Source: Candidatus Falkowbacteria bacterium CG10_big_fil_rev_8_21_14_0_10_39_11
Lineage (GTDB): Bacteria > Patescibacteriota > Patescibacteriia > UBA11705
DNA: 64,000 nucleotides
Reading direction: 5' to 3'
NCBI GenBank assembly: GCA_002773615.1
Contig: PFAP01000011.1
Span: 8,307-72,306 of the forward strand
Shown: positions 53,968-63,253 of the stretch, in pieces
Layout: every line of letters begins with the position of its first letter
Position numbering within the stretch: position 1 is the first letter of the stretch
The notes under the pieces: generated by a model
Told to the model about the DNA's origin: nothing
The model's database searches: none
Seen by the model: the letters and a program-made list of their open reading frames with translations, nothing else
Made by a program: the position numbers and the translations under genes

Positions 53968-54735
53968 TTATTCGTCTAAAATATCCAAAACCTCACGAGC
54001 CAACTTACTATATGCTTTTGCGCCTTTAGACAATGGATCATATTGAGAAATTGCCAATCCATGACTGGGTGATTCTGATAACCTGACATTTCGAGGAATA
54101 GTTGAACGAAAAATTTTATTTGGGAAATGTTGATATAATTCTTGCATCACTTGACCGGACAATCTGGTCCTCTTGTCATACATCGTCAAAACCGCCCCCA
54201 ATATATTTAATTCTTCTTTTATATTTTCCCTAACCAAAGAAACCGTATTCAACAGTTGCCCCAAACCTTCCAATGCATAATATTCAGCCTGGACCGGAAT
54301 CAGTAAGTGATCAGACGCCACCAATCCATTGATGGTCAAAATCCCCAATGATGGTGGACAGTCAATCAAAATCACATCATAATCACCTTTTACTTCATGT
54401 AATGCATCTGACAATCGAAATTCTCTTCTATCCACATCAACCAACTCAACATTAGCTCCAGCTAAAGCCTGAGTTGATGGCGCAATTCTATAGCCATGAA
54501 TCCCTGTCGGCATAACAATCTCTCGCACCAAATGGCGACCTATAAGTGCTTCATAAATTCCTTTGTCTAAATCTTGATAACTCACACCCAATCCCGATGA
54601 TGCATTCGCCTGTGGATCAAGATCAACCAAAAGAACATACTTGCCATGTTCTGCCAAATAAGCTCCCAAATTGATCGCAGTGGTTGTTTTACCTACACCA
54701 CCTTTTTGATTAACCACGCCGATTATATGCGCCAT
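53968..54735 (-). CDS. parA: Chromosome partitioning ATPase ParA/Soj
   Basis: Deviant Walker A NQKGGVGKTTTAINLGA; 255 aa; directly upstream of parB. Confidence 0.9.
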   Translation of the reverse strand: MAHIIGVVNQKGGVGKTTTAINLGAYLAEHGKYVLLVDLDPQANASSGLGVSYQDLDKGIYEALIGRHLVREIVMPTGIHGYRIAPSTQALAGANVELVDVDRREFRLSDALHEVKGDYDVILIDCPPSLGILTINGLVASDHLLIPVQAEYYALEGLGQLLNTVSLVRENIKEELNILGAVLTMYDKRTRLSGQVMQELYQHFPNKIFRSTIPRNVRLSESPSHGLAISQYDPLSKGAKAYSKLAREVLDILDE

Positions 54736-54827
54736 ATCATTAAAGAAAAACTATAGGAGATTCTACCCCTATGATTTCCCTATTAAAATGTTATATTCTA
54801 TTACAATTATAACTAACAATTTGACTT

Positions 54828-54856
54828 TTGACAATATATGAAATGTGTAGTATAAT
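54828..54856 (+). promoter_or_regulatory. Sigma70-like promoter (TTGACA-17-TATAAT) directing a ~160-nt GC-rich structured leader, the GIY-YIG gene and possibly the tRNA cluster
   Basis: Consensus hexamers with correct spacing. Confidence 0.45.
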
Positions 54857-54940
54857 GACCCTGCTTTCCACTGAAATTTCTACCCTCCAAATTAGCCATT
54901 TTGATGATTCCAGAACAAGCTAATTCACACCTCAAACATC

Positions 54941-55011
54941 TTGCCGCGGTGGCGGACTTGCCTCCCGTATGGGAGGACTGGTAGACCTGTCTACCGGCAG
55001 GCAGGCGCGCT
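54941..55011 (+). repeat. GC-rich element copy D (hairpins CCTCCC-GTAT-GGGAGG and GGTAGAC-CTG-TCTACC, then CCGGCAGGCAGGCGCGC)
   Basis: Contains the family core CCGGCAGGCAGG; lies in the 5' leader of the GIY-YIG ORF. Confidence 0.5.
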
Positions 55012-55023
55012 AAGACACACTAT

Positions 55024-55248
55024 ATGATGTATTATGTATATGCATTAAGCAGTAAAATTAAACTGTATATCTATGTTGGTCTAACCAGTAACTTATTAAG
55101 AAGAATTAACCAATATAATTCAGGAAAAGAAAAAAACACTAGACCATTCAAACCATTTGTATTAATATACCAAAAAGAATTCGACACTAGACCAGATGCT
55201 CGCAAAATGAAAAATATCTTAAGGGAGGATCGGGGAAAGAATTTCTAA
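55024..55248 (+). CDS. Stand-alone GIY-YIG nuclease domain protein (YhbQ/UPF0213-like)
   Basis: YVYALSSKIKLYIYVGLTSNLLRRINQYNSG matches the GIY-(10)-YIG ... R ... N pattern. Confidence 0.75.
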   Translation: MMYYVYALSSKIKLYIYVGLTSNLLRRINQYNSGKEKNTRPFKPFVLIYQKEFDTRPDARKMKNILREDRGKNF

Positions 55249-55264
55249 AAAAATTATTATAATA

Positions 55265-55351
55265 AGCCGAAGTGGCGGAACTGGTAGACGCGCTGGACTC
55301 AAAATCCAGTGATGGCGACATCGTGAGAGTTCGAGTCTCTCCTTCGGCACC
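55265..55351 (+). tRNA. tRNA-Leu (anticodon CAA), long variable arm, encoded CCA
   Basis: GCCGAAG acceptor, anticodon loop CTCAAAA, 87 nt, TPsiC loop GTTCGAGTC, 3' CTTCGGCACCA. Confidence 0.85.
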
Positions 55352-55447
55352 AAATTTCAATACAAAGATACAAATGCATCACTTTTAATTTAATCCTTGC
55401 CAAATTATTAATTATCATGTATGATATTAGCGATGTCAAAAATTAAC

Positions 55448-55521
55448 GCGGAGTAGAGCAGTGGCAGCTCGCCAGGCCCATAACCTGGAGGTCGGAGGTT
55501 CGAATCCTCCCTCCGCAACCA
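55448..55521 (+). tRNA. tRNA with CAT anticodon (Met; initiator vs elongator vs Ile-lysidine not resolved), encoded CCA
   Basis: Anticodon stem CCAGG/CCTGG with loop CCCATAA; GTTCGAATC T-loop. If the gene begins 1 nt upstream, a C1-A72 mismatch (initiator-like) results. Confidence 0.8.
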
Positions 55522-55641
55522 AATCATAAAATTCTAAATTCTAAGCTCTAAACTCTAAAAATATCTCCCAGTTTTAGTCTTTAGAATTTCGAGTTTAGTC
55601 TTTTTTTGATGATTAATAGTTCAATAGTGATTCAATTTTAT

Positions 55642-55718
55642 GGCAGGGTAGCTCAGTTGGTCAGAGCGAGGGAATCATAACCCCTAGGTCGGCGGTTCAA
55701 CCCCGCCCCCTGTCACCA
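55642..55718 (+). tRNA. Second tRNA with CAT anticodon (GGG/CCC-rich anticodon stem), encoded CCA
   Basis: GGCAGGG acceptor, D-arm GCTCAGTTGGTCAGAGC, loop ATCATAA, T-loop GGTTCAACC, 3' CTGTCACCA. Confidence 0.8.
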
Positions 55719-55730
55719 TATATCAAATAC

Positions 55731-56714
55731 ATGCAATATATTATATTTTGGGATTACAAAATTCTTTCAATCCTAGCTCTCAGTCTATTAACAATATACA
55801 CTTTTGCCGGCAGCCTCAAACGTCACTGGGACTATGATTCAAAAAACCAAAAAATCCTCAAATTTTCCATTGAGGCTTTTTTTGTATTACTTTTTCTGAC
55901 CGTTTTTTATGGCAGTTTTATCGAACCACAATGGATTCAAACCAAACAGATTGACATAAATCTAAACAACACCAACCGAACAGAAAGCATCAAAATCGTC
56001 CAACTAACAGACACTCATGCCGGACCATATAAAGGACCGGGATATTTCAAACGAGTAGCAAAAAAAATAGCCGTTATTAATCCAGACATCATTTTGATGA
56101 CCGGCGACTATGTTCTCGGTGCGGCCAAAAACATCGAATATTTGACTCCCCTGAAAGAAATTACCACCGCTTACCCGACCTATGCCATTTCTGGTAATCA
56201 TGAATATAATCTCGGCTTTGAACAAGATTTTTATGATGGAAAAACTATCGACAAAACTGCAACTATCAAAGAATTTTTTCAATCAATTAACGTCAATTTC
56301 ATTGACAATCAAACAAAACTAATCAATACCAAACAAGGTCCATTATACGTTTCAGGCATTAGAGAAATTTGGTATGAACCCAACTCTGTTGACAATGAAT
56401 TAAACCGCATGGGGGGATCAATCAGTACTTCTCAGCCCCATATTTTATTGGCCCACAACCCAGAAGTTATTCTCAAACCAGCTTCTGAAAAATTTGACCT
56501 CGTCCTGTCCGGTCATACCCACGGCGGCCAAATACGCCTACCCTTTATCGGATCACTCAGCTCCTTGCCGACAAAATTGGGTCGGAAATTTGATATGGGA
56601 TTATTTCAATTAGATAAAAATCAACTATACATTTCCAAAGGTCTCGGAGAATCTGGACCACGAGCTCGCCTCTTTTGTCGCCCAGAGCTAACTGTTTTAA
56701 ACATCAACTTATAA
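55731..56714 (+). CDS. Membrane-anchored calcineurin-like metallophosphoesterase (YkuE-like)
   Basis: QLTDTH, GDYV, GNHE, LAHNPE, GHTHGGQ metallophosphoesterase motif set; two N-terminal TM helices. Confidence 0.85.
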   Translation: MQYIIFWDYKILSILALSLLTIYTFAGSLKRHWDYDSKNQKILKFSIEAFFVLLFLTVFYGSFIEPQWIQTKQIDINLNNTNRTESIKIVQLTDTHAGPYKGPGYFKRVAKKIAVINPDIILMTGDYVLGAAKNIEYLTPLKEITTAYPTYAISGNHEYNLGFEQDFYDGKTIDKTATIKEFFQSINVNFIDNQTKLINTKQGPLYVSGIREIWYEPNSVDNELNRMGGSISTSQPHILLAHNPEVILKPASEKFDLVLSGHTHGGQIRLPFIGSLSSLPTKLGRKFDMGLFQLDKNQLYISKGLGESGPRARLFCRPELTVLNINL

Positions 56715-56766
56715 CAATCTTAATCTCTTTCCATTAATAATCTTAATTTTCTCAATCTTTTTCTAT

Positions 56767-57231
56767 ATGCTAATGACCGTTCACGGAGCTGCAGGAGCCT
56801 TTATCGGAGAAAGAATCAACAGTATTCCCCTGACTTTTATCATCAGCTTCATAACACATTTCTTGTTCGACATTATTCCTCATGGAGATCATGACAATGT
56901 TATTGCTTTTAAAACCGAAAAAAAAATCAAACAGGTTGTGGGCCTGATTGCAGTCGATGCAGTTTTGGGCTTAATGTTTTTATCGCTATATTTCAGTCAA
57001 GTAAAAAATACCGGAGCCAACATTTATCCAATAATTGCCGGTATTTTTGGCGGTGTTTTACCTGATTTATTGGTTGGCTTATATCAAATGAACAAAAAAT
57101 ATTTTTTCCGGTTCAACTTCATTCACATGCGAATTCATGAATTGATAAAATTTCGGATCCCATTAAAAGTTGCCTTTGTACTTCAGATTTTATTCATCAT
57201 TATTATCTGGCAATTCTATAAATTTCAATAG
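56767..57231 (+). CDS. Membrane-bound metal-dependent hydrolase-like protein (DUF457/YdjM-like)
   Basis: Polytopic 154-aa protein with an HFLFDIIPHGDHD metal-site-like motif. Confidence 0.4.
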   Translation: MLMTVHGAAGAFIGERINSIPLTFIISFITHFLFDIIPHGDHDNVIAFKTEKKIKQVVGLIAVDAVLGLMFLSLYFSQVKNTGANIYPIIAGIFGGVLPDLLVGLYQMNKKYFFRFNFIHMRIHELIKFRIPLKVAFVLQILFIIIIWQFYKFQ

Positions 57232-58341
57232 TGCCTTTGCTGTAACTGACCATTTAAAATTTTTCACTCTTTCTTTCCCTTTTTCAATCATTTCATTTCT
57301 AAGTGCTTCGTTATCAAGCACTTTTTTTATTGCCGTAAACAAATCAATTTGATCGTCTGGCGGTACGAGCAATGCTTCACCACCAACGACAAGCTCCTGT
57401 GTTACCGGAATCTTAGAAGCAATCACTGGCACACCCTGTTGCATGGCTTCGAGTATTGGCAAACCAAAACCTTCATTATGTGATGGAAAGACAAAGCACT
57501 TAGCCTGCTGCATTAAAACATTCCTTTCATTATCAGATACTTTACCAACATATCGAATGACTTGTTTGCCAACTTTATTATTAATTTTAATCATTGTCTT
57601 AAAAATCTTTCTATATTTCCAGCCTTTAATTCCAGCCACAATCAATTCCATATCACCAGGATATTCTTGAATATACTTGCCAAAAACCTGAAATAAATGC
57701 CGTAAATTTTTTCTCGGCTCGATTGTCCCCACAAAAAACAAAAACTCCTTTTTTATCTTAAATTTTTCCTCGACTTCCTTTACCTCTCTCTCATTATAAT
57801 TAACCCGATCCTCCACCCCCGAATGAACCGCAATTACATCCTTGGCTTTTTTAAACTTAAATAAAAACAACAAATCTGATTTTGTCGCCTCAGATATGGT
57901 CATAATATTGGTCGCTTTGGCAATACTGGACGGCACGACCAACAACTTAGAAAACCATTGTTTATTTGGAAACCATTGAGGATAATTGTAAATTAAAAGA
58001 TCATGAATAATCAGGGTACTTTTACCTACATAAAAAAATGGCATAATATTGGCTGGGAAAATGCACCAATCAAGCCACTCGGCCCACAACTTGAATGTAA
58101 AACCAACATGGGCAGAAAAAAATGGTACTTTATTTTTTACCTTAACCACCTTGAATCCCCGATGAGTTCGAAGTGCATTCAAAGTTTCATCATTTATATT
58201 ATCATCAAAAAACAATACATATTCATTCTGACTATCAGCTTCCATAATAGCTTTGACCAAATTAAAAACATAACGCGGAATTCCAGCTCCGCGGTTATTT
58301 TTTACATCATAAATTTGTCGACAATCAATACCTATTTTCAT
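57190..58341 (-). CDS. Glycosyltransferase family 4 (GT-B fold)
   Basis: C-terminal domain motif FVFPSHNEGFGLPILEAMQQGVPVIAS (EX7E). Confidence 0.85.
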   Translation of the reverse strand: MKIGIDCRQIYDVKNNRGAGIPRYVFNLVKAIMEADSQNEYVLFFDDNINDETLNALRTHRGFKVVKVKNKVPFFSAHVGFTFKLWAEWLDWCIFPANIMPFFYVGKSTLIIHDLLIYNYPQWFPNKQWFSKLLVVPSSIAKATNIMTISEATKSDLLFLFKFKKAKDVIAVHSGVEDRVNYNEREVKEVEEKFKIKKEFLFFVGTIEPRKNLRHLFQVFGKYIQEYPGDMELIVAGIKGWKYRKIFKTMIKINNKVGKQVIRYVGKVSDNERNVLMQQAKCFVFPSHNEGFGLPILEAMQQGVPVIASKIPVTQELVVGGEALLVPPDDQIDLFTAIKKVLDNEALRNEMIEKGKERVKNFKWSVTAKALLKFIELPDNNDE

Positions 58342-58344
58342 ATT

Positions 58345-58500
58345 TTTTCGTCATACTGAATTTACGTGTCCACCGCAATTTTAACGTAGGCGGGTTTCAG
58401 CATCTCCGTTCAGTTACCAAAGTCACTACCGGTCATGAGACTCTGAAACAATACTGAATCAAGCCTGCCTGCCGGCAGGTTCAACACAAGGTTCAGATTG
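58345..58500. repeat. GC-rich element copy B (TTTTCGTCATACTGA ... TTTTAACGTAGGC ... AGCCTGCCTGCCGGCAGG)
   Basis: Shares three sequence blocks with copy A (4141-4380); palindrome CCTGCCGGCAGG at 58466-58477. Confidence 0.55.
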
Positions 58501-58548
58501 ACAAAATAGTTTTTATTACCTCTAACACTTCTATCACTTTTAATCCTT

Positions 58549-59037
58549 TTACGCAAACAAAGCCACACCACCTGCACTGATAATGGTCACAATAAATCCG
58601 GCAATCATAGCGCCGATCGAAATGAGCAACACAGATTTCTTTCGTTCAATCCCAAACAAATACGCAGCTAATGACCCGGTCCAAACACCCGTCACCGGCA
58701 ATGGAATAGCCACAAAAATAATCAACGCAATCTCTCCATAAGTCAAATATTTGCCTTCAAATCTCTTTCTGGTCCGTTCAAACAACCAATCAAAAAACTT
58801 ATCAGCCCATTTGAATCTGGGTCTGAGAAACTTGGTCACAAAATCAAGCATATAAACCAAAATAATGGTTATAAAAATACTACCCAACACTGACCAGAAA
58901 AAAGCGGATAAAGCTGACATTTTAAATAAACCAATCGCCACCGGGATTGAAGCCCGAAGCTCTGTAATCGGAATCAAAGCCAACAAAAAAGTGGCTAATT
59001 CATGAGGTAAATTTTTCACTAAATCTACTACAAACAT
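58549..59037 (-). CDS. Small polytopic membrane protein (putative small multidrug-export-family-like, PxxELRxxIP motif)
   Basis: LIPITELRASIPVAIG near the N-terminus, four TM helices, 162 aa. Confidence 0.45.
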   Translation of the reverse strand: MFVVDLVKNLPHELATFLLALIPITELRASIPVAIGLFKMSALSAFFWSVLGSIFITIILVYMLDFVTKFLRPRFKWADKFFDWLFERTRKRFEGKYLTYGEIALIIFVAIPLPVTGVWTGSLAAYLFGIERKKSVLLISIGAMIAGFIVTIISAGGVALFA

Positions 59038-59043
59038 AAATGA

Positions 59044-59370
59044 TTATTTATTATATCTATTTTCAATTTCTTGAATTTTCTTTTTAACTATCGTTTGAAC
59101 ATCAACATCCAAAGATTGGGCCAATAGTAAAGTTACCATAAAAACATCAGCCACCTCTTTTGCCAAAGTCTCATGAGAATGTCCATCCATTTTCTCTTTT
59201 CTCTGAACATTTAAAGACCTCAAAATTTCATCTGACAATTCACCAACCTCTTCTGACAGTTTGACCGCTCTGGCCAAAATCACTTTTTCCTGATCAAAGT
59301 GAGGATAAAAATGCTCTCGCATTCGCACATCTTCCTCCTTGATAAACTTCAAGATTTCCTGAAATTCCAT
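59044..59370 (-). CDS. MazG-like nucleotide pyrophosphohydrolase (single-domain)
   Basis: EEVGELSDEI and EVADVFMVTLLLA helices of the all-alpha NTP-PPase fold. Confidence 0.7.
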   Translation of the reverse strand: MEFQEILKFIKEEDVRMREHFYPHFDQEKVILARAVKLSEEVGELSDEILRSLNVQRKEKMDGHSHETLAKEVADVFMVTLLLAQSLDVDVQTIVKKKIQEIENRYNK

Positions 59371-59373
59371 ATA

Positions 59374-60282
59374 TTACCACTCATAATTATTAAACACCCA
59401 ATCGGCCAAGACTTTGGTATCTTGGAATCTATCGCTAATGGTATCACTATTTAAAACCGCAATCATCACCGGTTTATTTTCATGTTCAATTTCAACCGCT
59501 AAACAATACCCAGCCTCTGGCAAAAAGCCTGTCTTACCACCGACCAATTCGTAGCCATATTCTTCACTATTAAGAAAACTATCCAGCAAGATATCTGTAT
59601 TAACAATTGTTCGTTTCTTTTTATTATTCAAAATATCAAATTTATACGATTCCTGAAGAACAGACTCTCGTATTTCATTATGTTTCATCGCTTCATACAC
59701 CAATCTAGCCACATCTGAAGCCGTCGACATATTACCAGCATTCAAACCGGTAGGATCAGCAAACTTAGTATTATACAATTTCAATTCTTTGGCTTTTTCG
59801 TTCATCATCTGCACAAAGTCAATTCTCGAGACACCCAAACTGCGAACCATAGCCATAATAGCATTGTTGTCCGAACTGATCAGGCCCGCTTTCCACATAT
59901 CATAAAAAAGTACCTCCTCACCACGATAAATATGAGGATAAGCTCCACTGGTCTCATCTACCAGGCTCATCATCACTGATTGCTGCCAATTGGGTTCAAA
60001 ATCCAAAATTACCATAGCCGTCATCAATTTGGTAATACTGGCAATCGGCTGCTTGACCTGCGAATGACTCTCGAGCAATACCAATCCGGATTCAATATCA
60101 ATCACCACAAACTTTTCAGCGGTAATCTCTACACCAATATTTTCTTCATTAATTCGCACCGGAACTTCTTCTTGATAGACTTTTTCTTGATCCAGAAAAA
60201 TCCGTTGTTCATTTTCAACCGCAAACACTCCGGCCTGAGAACTAATTAGTAACAAACTTAAAATAACTTTCAATAATGACAT
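59374..60282 (-). CDS. dacA: D-alanyl-D-alanine carboxypeptidase (peptidase S11, PBP5-like)
   Basis: SxxK (ASITKLMTAMV), SxN (SSDNNA), KTG (GGKTGF) motifs; signal peptide. Confidence 0.85.
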   Translation of the reverse strand: MSLLKVILSLLLISSQAGVFAVENEQRIFLDQEKVYQEEVPVRINEENIGVEITAEKFVVIDIESGLVLLESHSQVKQPIASITKLMTAMVILDFEPNWQQSVMMSLVDETSGAYPHIYRGEEVLFYDMWKAGLISSDNNAIMAMVRSLGVSRIDFVQMMNEKAKELKLYNTKFADPTGLNAGNMSTASDVARLVYEAMKHNEIRESVLQESYKFDILNNKKKRTIVNTDILLDSFLNSEEYGYELVGGKTGFLPEAGYCLAVEIEHENKPVMIAVLNSDTISDRFQDTKVLADWVFNNYEW

Positions 60283-60288
60283 GTTTTC

Positions 60289-60870
60289 TTAATTACTTTT
60301 ATCTTCCCCCTCCACGGCCTGTTCCTTTTTCTGTTTATCCAAAAATTCCTCCAAATTTTCTACTTGATGCAGTTTCTCATAATTGGGCAAATCATTTACT
60401 GAGACCAAACCCAAATATTTCAATAATTCCGGCGTGACAAAATATACAATTCCATTACCTTGTTTTTCCTCTTGAATCAAACCTCGAATAAGCAAATTTC
60501 GCAAGATCAAACTACAATTCACTCCTCGAATCTGTTCCAAAATAGGTTTGGTAATCGGTCCACGATAAGCGATGATCGTCAATGTCTCTAACGATGGCTG
60601 AGATAGCTCACCGGTTTTCTCGTCTTTAACTAGTGCTTTTATCAATTCAGAATTCTGAACTCCGGTAACCAATTGATACTGACCATTACTTTCAATCAGA
60701 TTAATACCACTTTCATTTTGATTATATTTCGCCTGCAATTCAATCAAAATATCATCAATTTGCTCCTTTTTCACTTTCACCCCCTGCTTGACCAAAAATT
60801 TTACCAACCATTCACTGGTAATCGGTTTAGTTGAAGCAAACAAAAGGCTTTCAATCTGTGATTTTAGCAT
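60289..60870 (-). CDS. scpB: Segregation and condensation protein B
   Basis: IESLLFAS ... ETLTIIAYRGPITKPILEQIRGVNCSLILRNLLIRGLI tandem wHTH. Confidence 0.9.
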   Translation of the reverse strand: MLKSQIESLLFASTKPITSEWLVKFLVKQGVKVKKEQIDDILIELQAKYNQNESGINLIESNGQYQLVTGVQNSELIKALVKDEKTGELSQPSLETLTIIAYRGPITKPILEQIRGVNCSLILRNLLIRGLIQEEKQGNGIVYFVTPELLKYLGLVSVNDLPNYEKLHQVENLEEFLDKQKKEQAVEGEDKSN

Positions 60871-61019
60871 AAAAAAAAATTATTTCTGTATTTAGATTAT
60901 ACTACAAACAAAGAGCAAATTCAAGCAATATAAAATCACAAAATTGGCCTTGATCAGCCAACTTTTACACCATTAAAAAATCCTATACCCCTCAACCATT
61001 TACCATTTGCTTTTTGTAT

Positions 61020-61733
61020 TTATATTTTTTCAATATGTATATCCTCAAACAAATTACCTTGCTTTACTGTCAAATGTTTTTGTTTCACCAATTCTAACAT
61101 CGCTAAAAAACTCATAATCACCTCTGTTCTTGACTCAGCCTGATCAAACAATTCTTTGAAACTCATTTTTTTTCTAGTACTTAATAGCTCTTTCAAGTGA
61201 AGAATCTTTTGTCTTAAACTGACTGATCTTTCAATCATTTTTCTGGGCATTTTTACCAACGGATCCAAACGTTTCAATACCGACAAAAATATCTCTTTCA
61301 AATTATCTTTTTTAATATTTTCTGCCGGTGAAAATTCCACCACTAAATCAATCTTTTGTCGCTCACGCGAATAAGTGAAATTTTGCAATTTTAACATTTC
61401 CTCAACTTTTTTTGTCGCATCTAAAAATTCTTTATAGATTTTCAACTGTTTTTCCAAATCATCAAAATCTTCTTCCTCACTAATGATCGGTAATATGGCT
61501 TTGGATTTCAAATACAAAAGTCTAGCCGCAATCACCAAAAAATCAGACAATTCTTCTGGATCTCGGTTCTCCAATTTTTCGATATACTCAATATATTGAT
61601 CGGTCACCTGACTAAGAGCTATCTCCGTTACCTCCAATTTTTCTTGCTCAATTAGCTGCAAAAGTAAATCAAGTGGCCCAGCAAATTTTTCTATTTTTAT
61701 TTTATACATACTGTGAACAAACTTTTTATTCAA
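61020..61733 (-). CDS. scpA: Segregation and condensation protein A
   Basis: KIEKFAGPLDLLLQLIEQEKLEVTEIALSQVTDQY N-terminal kleisin signature. Confidence 0.9.
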   Translation of the reverse strand: MNKKFVHSMYKIKIEKFAGPLDLLLQLIEQEKLEVTEIALSQVTDQYIEYIEKLENRDPEELSDFLVIAARLLYLKSKAILPIISEEEDFDDLEKQLKIYKEFLDATKKVEEMLKLQNFTYSRERQKIDLVVEFSPAENIKKDNLKEIFLSVLKRLDPLVKMPRKMIERSVSLRQKILHLKELLSTRKKMSFKELFDQAESRTEVIMSFLAMLELVKQKHLTVKQGNLFEDIHIEKI

Positions 61734-61815
61734 CTAAACTTTCCCTGAACAACTTTTGTACTCACTTCATCCCATCCCATCCCTATTGACTAATTACTAT
61801 TCGCTAATTACTAAC

Positions 61816-63246
61816 TTACTCATTCAACTTAAATCCTCGACTCTTGCTTTCCTCCCAACCGGCTGATGTCATTTTGATAAATTCAGCATTGATCTGCATT
61901 TCTTTGATATTATGAGCACCGCAATAACTAATGCCACTGCGTAACCCCTTGATCATCGAAGTAATAATTTCAGCTATTGAACCTTTATATTCTACCAAAT
62001 TTGTTACCCCTTCAACAAATACATCCAATTTCTTTTTATGTTTCTTGCCTTCCAGGTGCTCTTTACGTTCATGACTGTTATCATAACTGGCACTACCCAT
62101 ATATCTCTTATATCTACGCCCTTCACGATAAACAATAATACCTGGAGTTTCATCAGTACCGGCAAAAATTGACCCACAGTATCCCGTACTGGCTCCGGCC
62201 GCTACCGCCTTGGATAAATCCCCCGGAAACTTTATACCACCATCAGCGCTAACCGGAATATTATATTGACTAGCAATCTTGCATACATCCATAATCGCTG
62301 TCAGCTGGGGCACGCCTGCACCAGACACAATCCGAGTGGTACAAACCGGAGACGGACCAATCCCAACTTTAAGTCCATCAGCCCCAGCCAAAATCAAATC
62401 TCTTGCCGCATCCGCCGTAGCAATATTCCCCACCATTATATCAATATTATTAAATTGTGTCTTCAATTCTCTAAGTTTTCTTATAACCAAATCCGAATGA
62501 GCGTGAGCAATATCCAAAACCAACACATCCACTCCGACATGGATCAAAGCTTTGGCTCTTTCCGCACAATCCTTCACCCCCAATGCCCAAGCCACCATCA
62601 ATCGCCCCTTTGTATCTCGACTGGAAAGAGGCCAAGACTCGAGTTTAGTGATATCTTTTGATGTAATCAATCCCCGGAGGTCACCTTCGACTATCAAGGG
62701 TAATTTCTCTATTCGATTTTTTTTCAAAATTTTCTTTGCTTCCTCCAGTTTTATTCCCGGTTTAGCTGAAATCAGCTGCTCTTTTTTGGTCATCAAATCT
62801 TCAACTTTTCGATTTGTATCTTCCTCAAAAATATAATCACGTGAAGTCAAAATACCCTCCACTTTATTATCTTTCACCACAATCAAACTGGTCACACCTT
62901 CACGACCCATATAATCAAAAGCCTCATTCATCAACATTTCAGGAGCACATGTCACCGGATTTTCAATCACATAACTGGTACTTTTTTTTACTTTTCGCAC
63001 CTCCTCAACCTGCTCCTCTATCGTTCCAAACTGATGAATAACCCCCAACCCACCTTCACGAGCCATCGCAATAGCCATTTCATGCTCTGTAACCGTCGCC
63101 ATATTTGAACTTACCATTGGAATATTTAAAGCAATATTTCGAGTAAATCTTGTCTTTACATCCGCCTCCCCCCGAGATGACAATGGTGTCTTTTTTGGCA
63201 CCAATAAAACATCAGCATAGGTATATCCTGTACGAAATTTTTCCAT
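61816..63246 (-). CDS. guaB: Inosine-5'-monophosphate dehydrogenase with CBS pair
   Basis: [11 protein letters not shown] start, CBS domains, catalytic loop [37 protein letters not shown]. Confidence 0.9.
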   Translation of the reverse strand: MEKFRTGYTYADVLLVPKKTPLSSRGEADVKTRFTRNIALNIPMVSSNMATVTEHEMAIAMAREGGLGVIHQFGTIEEQVEEVRKVKKSTSYVIENPVTCAPEMLMNEAFDYMGREGVTSLIVVKDNKVEGILTSRDYIFEEDTNRKVEDLMTKKEQLISAKPGIKLEEAKKILKKNRIEKLPLIVEGDLRGLITSKDITKLESWPLSSRDTKGRLMVAWALGVKDCAERAKALIHVGVDVLVLDIAHAHSDLVIRKLRELKTQFNNIDIMVGNIATADAARDLILAGADGLKVGIGPSPVCTTRIVSGAGVPQLTAIMDVCKIASQYNIPVSADGGIKFPGDLSKAVAAGASTGYCGSIFAGTDETPGIIVYREGRRYKRYMGSASYDNSHERKEHLEGKKHKKKLDVFVEGVTNLVEYKGSIAEIITSMIKGLRSGISYCGAHNIKEMQINAEFIKMTSAGWEESKSRGFKLNE

Positions 63247-63253
63247 ATTTATA

